NCBI GenBank assembly: GCA_003427395.1
Contig: BFEA01000010.1
Location: 2,894,235 to 2,958,234, forward strand
Length of the DNA stretch: 64,000 bases
Reading direction: 5' to 3'
Source of the DNA: Chara braunii
Lineage: Eukaryota; Plantae; Charophyceae
Every line of letters starts with the position of its first letter. The stretch's first letter is position 1. The translations under genes and the position numbers were made by a program. Of the stretch, positions 60,045 to 64,000 are shown piece by piece. Under the pieces are notes generated by a model. That model was not told where the DNA came from. It did no database searches and saw only the letters and a program-made list of their open reading frames with translations.

Positions 60045-63000
60045 CTGATCCCAATCGTGTTGGTGTGGATGACAATACTTCCGCAGGATTCTCTGGAGTG
60101 TATCGTTTATCTTCTCTGTTTGTCCATCGGTCTGTGGGTGGAATGCAGTGCTGTACTTGAGCGTGGTTCCGTAGGCCGTGAAGAGGTGTTTCCAAAATTG
60201 TGAGAGGAAGCGAGGATCACAGTCACTGATGATGTTCTCGGGGAGGTCGTGATGGCGAGCAACATGGTCGAAGAAGACTGTGGCAAGGTCATTGGCACTC
60301 TGCGAGGTCGTGCAAGGGACGAAGTGGGCACGTTTGGTCAAGCGGCAGACAATGACGTAGATGCAATCATGCCCGCAGTCGGTTTTGGGGAGGCTGCACA
60401 CGAAGTCCATGGAGATGGACTGCCACCGATGAGTTGGGATGGGCAATGATTGGAGCTTGCCGGGTTTGACCCGGTTCGAGGGGTTGACAGCTTGACACGT
60501 GGGGCATGAGCGAATGTAGGCCTTGACGGCGACGAGTAGGGAAGGTCAGTAGAAGTAGCGGGAGATGGTGTCAAAAGAAACCGAGATGTCCTGTGGTCTT
60601 GGCGTCGTGGTGCTCGGCCAAGAGTTGAGTACGGAGGCCTCGTGCGTCGGCCCTCGGGGATGCAAAGTCGGCGAGTGCCTTTGGTATCGATGTAGAGGAG
60701 ATTGTTGTGGAGGGAGTAGTCGGGAACTGGGTCAAGATCGCGAAGCTTGTTGTAAATGGTGGCGAAGTCTGAGCAGGAGAGATAGCCTTGGGTGTATCGA
60801 TGATGAAGTGATGGAAGGAGTTGAATACGAGTCATGGCGGCGTAGACTTTCTTGGGGGTCTTGTGGTCGGGTCGTCGAGAGAGGGCATCCGCAACGCGGT
60901 TGCTTTTGCTGGGGGTATGGCAAATGGTGAATGTGAACTGGGCAGGGCTTGGCGTGGAGTGATATCTTTCTTGGAGAGGATGGAGGAGACGATGGTGTTG
61001 TCAGTGCGGATGGTGAAGTATTGCCCGTCGAGGTACGGGCGCCAAATTGTGAGGGCGTCAATCACGACGAGAGGTTCGTTCTCGTTGGAGGGGTAATTCA
61101 TCTCCGAGGGAAGGAGCTTCTTGCTTGCGAAGGCGATGGGGTATTCGCCAGGTGGAGCCTTGGGGTGAGTGGGCGAGTCCTTGATGGAGGGGGTCTCGGC
61201 GGTGTCGCGGGGGAAATGTTGGGACAGTACGGCTCCGGTGGCGAAGTCGGAGGCGTCAGTGGTGACATAGAAATGGCGAGTGGGGTCGGTGATCTTGAGG
61301 GCAGGGGCCGTGGTGATGGTTTGCTTGAGTAAGTCGAAAGCGTGTTGGCGGCGATCGTTCCAATGGAAGGGCTCGTCCTTGCGGGTGAGTTCGTGGAGAG
61401 GGTAAGAGATCTCGGAAAAGTTGCGAATGAACGGACGGTACTGGTTGGCAAGGTCGAGGAAGGAACAGAGCTGGAGGAGGGTCTTGGGTGGGGGGTACTC
61501 GACGAGGGCTGTGACCTTCGAGGGGTCCATACGGATGCCTTCAGCGGAGACAATATGGTCGAGGTATTCGATGCTCGAAGCGGCAAACGTACATTTGCTG
61601 AGCTTGGCGTATAATTTTTGCTCTTGGAGGATAGAGAGGACTTGACGGAGATGCTGAAGGTGGGACTCGAAGGTGGGGCTGAAGACAAGGTTTGTCATCA
61701 AGGTAGACGACGACACAGACTTCGAGGAGGTTGCGGAAGTTGTGGTTCATGGTAGATTGGAAGGGAACGGGGGCATTGGTGAGTCCGAATGGCATCACGA
61801 GGAACTCGTAGTGCTCGAACCGAGAGCGGAAGGCGGTCTTGTGGGTGTCCTCCTCGCGGATACGGATGTGGTGGAAGCCAGTGTGAAGGTCGATCTTGGT
61901 AAAGTACTTGGCTCCGCGGAGACGATCAAGGAGCTCGGAAATCCGAGGTAGGGGGTACTTGTTCTTGATCGTGATCCGGTTCAAGGCGCGGTAGTCTGTG
62001 CACATGCGGAGTTCCGAAGTTCCACCTTTCTTGACAAAAAGGCAGCTGGTTCCGAAGGGNNNNNNNNNNNNNNNNNNNNNNNNNNNNNNNNNNNNNNNNN
62101 NNNNNNNNNNNNNNNNNNNNNNNNNNNNNNNNNNNNNNNNNNNNNNNNNNNNNNNNNNNNNNNNNNNNNNNNNNNNNNNNNNNNNNNNNNNNNNNNNNNN
62201 NNNNNNNNNNNNNNNNNNNNNNNNNNNNNNNNNNNNNNNNNNNNNNNNNNNNNNNNNNNNNNNNNNNNNNNNNNNNNNNNNNNNNNNNNNNNNNNNNNNN
62301 NNNNNNNNNNNNNNNNNNNNNNNNNNNNNNNNNNNNNNNNNNNNNNNNNNNNNNNNNNNNNNNNNNNNNNNNNNNNNNNNNNNNNNNNNNNNNNNNNNNN
62401 NNNNNNNNNNNNNNNNNNNNNNNNNNNNNNNNNNNNNNNNNNNNNNNNNNNNNNNNNNNNNNNNNNNNNNNNNNNNNNNNNNNNNNNNNNNNNNNNNNNN
62501 NNNNNNNNNNNNNNNNNNNNNNNNNNNNNNNNNNNNNNNNNNNNNNNNNNNNNNNNNNNNNNNNNNNNNNNNNNNNNNNNNNNNNNNNNNNNNNNNNNNN
62601 NNNNNNNNNNNNNNNNNNNNNNNNNNNNNNNNNNNNNNNNNNNNNNNNNNNNNNNNNNNNNNNNNNNNNNNNNNNNNNNNNNNNNNNNNNNNNNNNNNNN
62701 NNNNNNNNNNNNNNNNNNNCTTCGGGGACAGAGAGTTGGTATGGAGGGCGGCAAGGTGGAGAATGTCCGGGTTCCAAATCGATGGTATGGGATACGCCAC
62801 GATCCGGAGGTAGTCCGACGAGTAAGGACTCGGGAAAGACGTCCCTGAACTCATCGAGGATTGAGGTGATGGCAGGGTTGGAGGGGGGGGCTTGATCGGG
62901 TTTGTCCGTCGGGAGTAAGTCCTTGGGACTTCCGCGATCAAGGACAAGACAATAGTAGGCGGAGTCGGGGCTTAGGCCAGCCATGTGGAGGAATTGGTAG

Positions 63001-64000
63001 GGGTGACAGAGCCTTCGGAGGTCGGATATGGGAGATAGGGGATGTCGATGGTTGTGTCGGGGGGGTTGGTGAGGTGAAGGAAGTTGGGGTGGAATGCGTA
63101 TGGCATGTAGCGGTCCAGCCAGGGTTCCTAAGACGATGTCGCACATCAAGTGCATGACATCAAACGAGACCTGACTGCGGAGGGTTCCGACGGTCATGGT
63201 GGTCTCGGGAACCGTGCGGTCTACTACGACAGCTGTGTCTTTGTCCCCTAGGCGAATCGTGATCGGGGAGTCACAACCGGTAGAGGTAAGACCGACTTTG
63301 CTGACACACGCGTCAGTGATGAAGTTACCGGTGGCTCCAATGTTGAGGAGGGCCCCGAACTTAGTTGTAGACGCACCAAGAGTGGCAGCGATGAATTTGA
63401 GGTGGAAACGAGATGAGTTGGTAGTGGAGATGATGGTGTTGAGGCGACGTTGTTCGTTGCCTAAGCGGACAAGCCGATCATGTCGGGCTTGTTCCTCAAC
63501 AACATCGGAGAAGGTGATAGTGGATGGGTTTGGAAGAAGGGTAGAGGAGCATGAGCCAGTGGGAGGCGTTTGCGACGCCTGGGAGTCGTCCGGTGGAGGG
63601 GGCGTCGCCGGAGAGGGGGAAGGCAGACGAATTGTCAATGCCAGATGGGCCATCGGTGGGACAGAGGACGTCACCGATGGGTGGGCCGAGAGACGCGATG
63701 TCGATGTCGGGTCAATGTCCTGGGGACTGTGTTGATGAGGAGGAGGGGCCCGCGTTTGTCGAGGGCGGTGATGCGGAGGTTGCGGGTCGAGTGGAGGCGG
63801 ACTGGCGGGTGAATCGTGCGGCGTTGGGGCAGTTGGTTTGTTGGTGCCCCAATTGGCGACAACAGAAGCAACCCCCTTTTGCTTGGAGGTAGGTGCGCTC
63901 CTTGGGGGTGAGTTTCTTGAGGCGGGAGGGTGGGGTAGATGAGGGTGGTAGGGAGCTGCGATCTTTGCGCTCCATTCTCATGAATTGGACGACATTGAGT
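60045..64000 (-). mobile_element. element F: decayed Ty3/gypsy gag-end, pro, RT, RH, INT, truncated within INT; continues beyond the window
   Basis: [67 protein letters not shown]. Confidence 0.92.

Noticed and set aside
59523-60446. 307-aa integrase-protease fusion protein
   Set aside because: The integrase of element F breaks off at ~60045 and base composition changes; the open frame across the junction is most likely accidental

Overview
Eukaryotic, transposon-saturated DNA with several assembly gaps. The nested Ty3/gypsy elements, (CT)n/(CA)n tracts and a plant-type bL25 exon suggest a streptophyte, possibly a Chara-like alga; this is an inference and was not verified. The only recognisable host gene piece is the last coding exon of an organellar ribosomal protein L25 gene (4173-4402, minus). 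Everything upstream of it is mobile DNA. From 5.4 to 39.3 kb there is a four-level nest: a minus-strand gypsy element (C) is split by a TTAA/TA-flanked non-autonomous DNA transposon, which is split by a plus-strand chromovirus (A, 7357-36363), whose 3' LTR is split by a 20.3 kb minus-strand gypsy element (B, 15629-35922). Element B is the most unusual feature. It has 3.0 and 3.6 kb LTRs and a tRNA-Asp PBS. Between the PBS and gag it carries a tightly packed, operon-like run of six sense-strand accessory ORFs: one internally duplicated ORF and five highly diverged paralogs of an unrecognised ~240-aa domain. A second notable item is an intronless, frameshifted Josephin-like cysteine protease remnant (about 59390-59860). 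The rest is decayed gypsy copies, an L1-like LINE, three short retroposed inserts and simple repeats. All domain calls were made by eye; no database searches were run.
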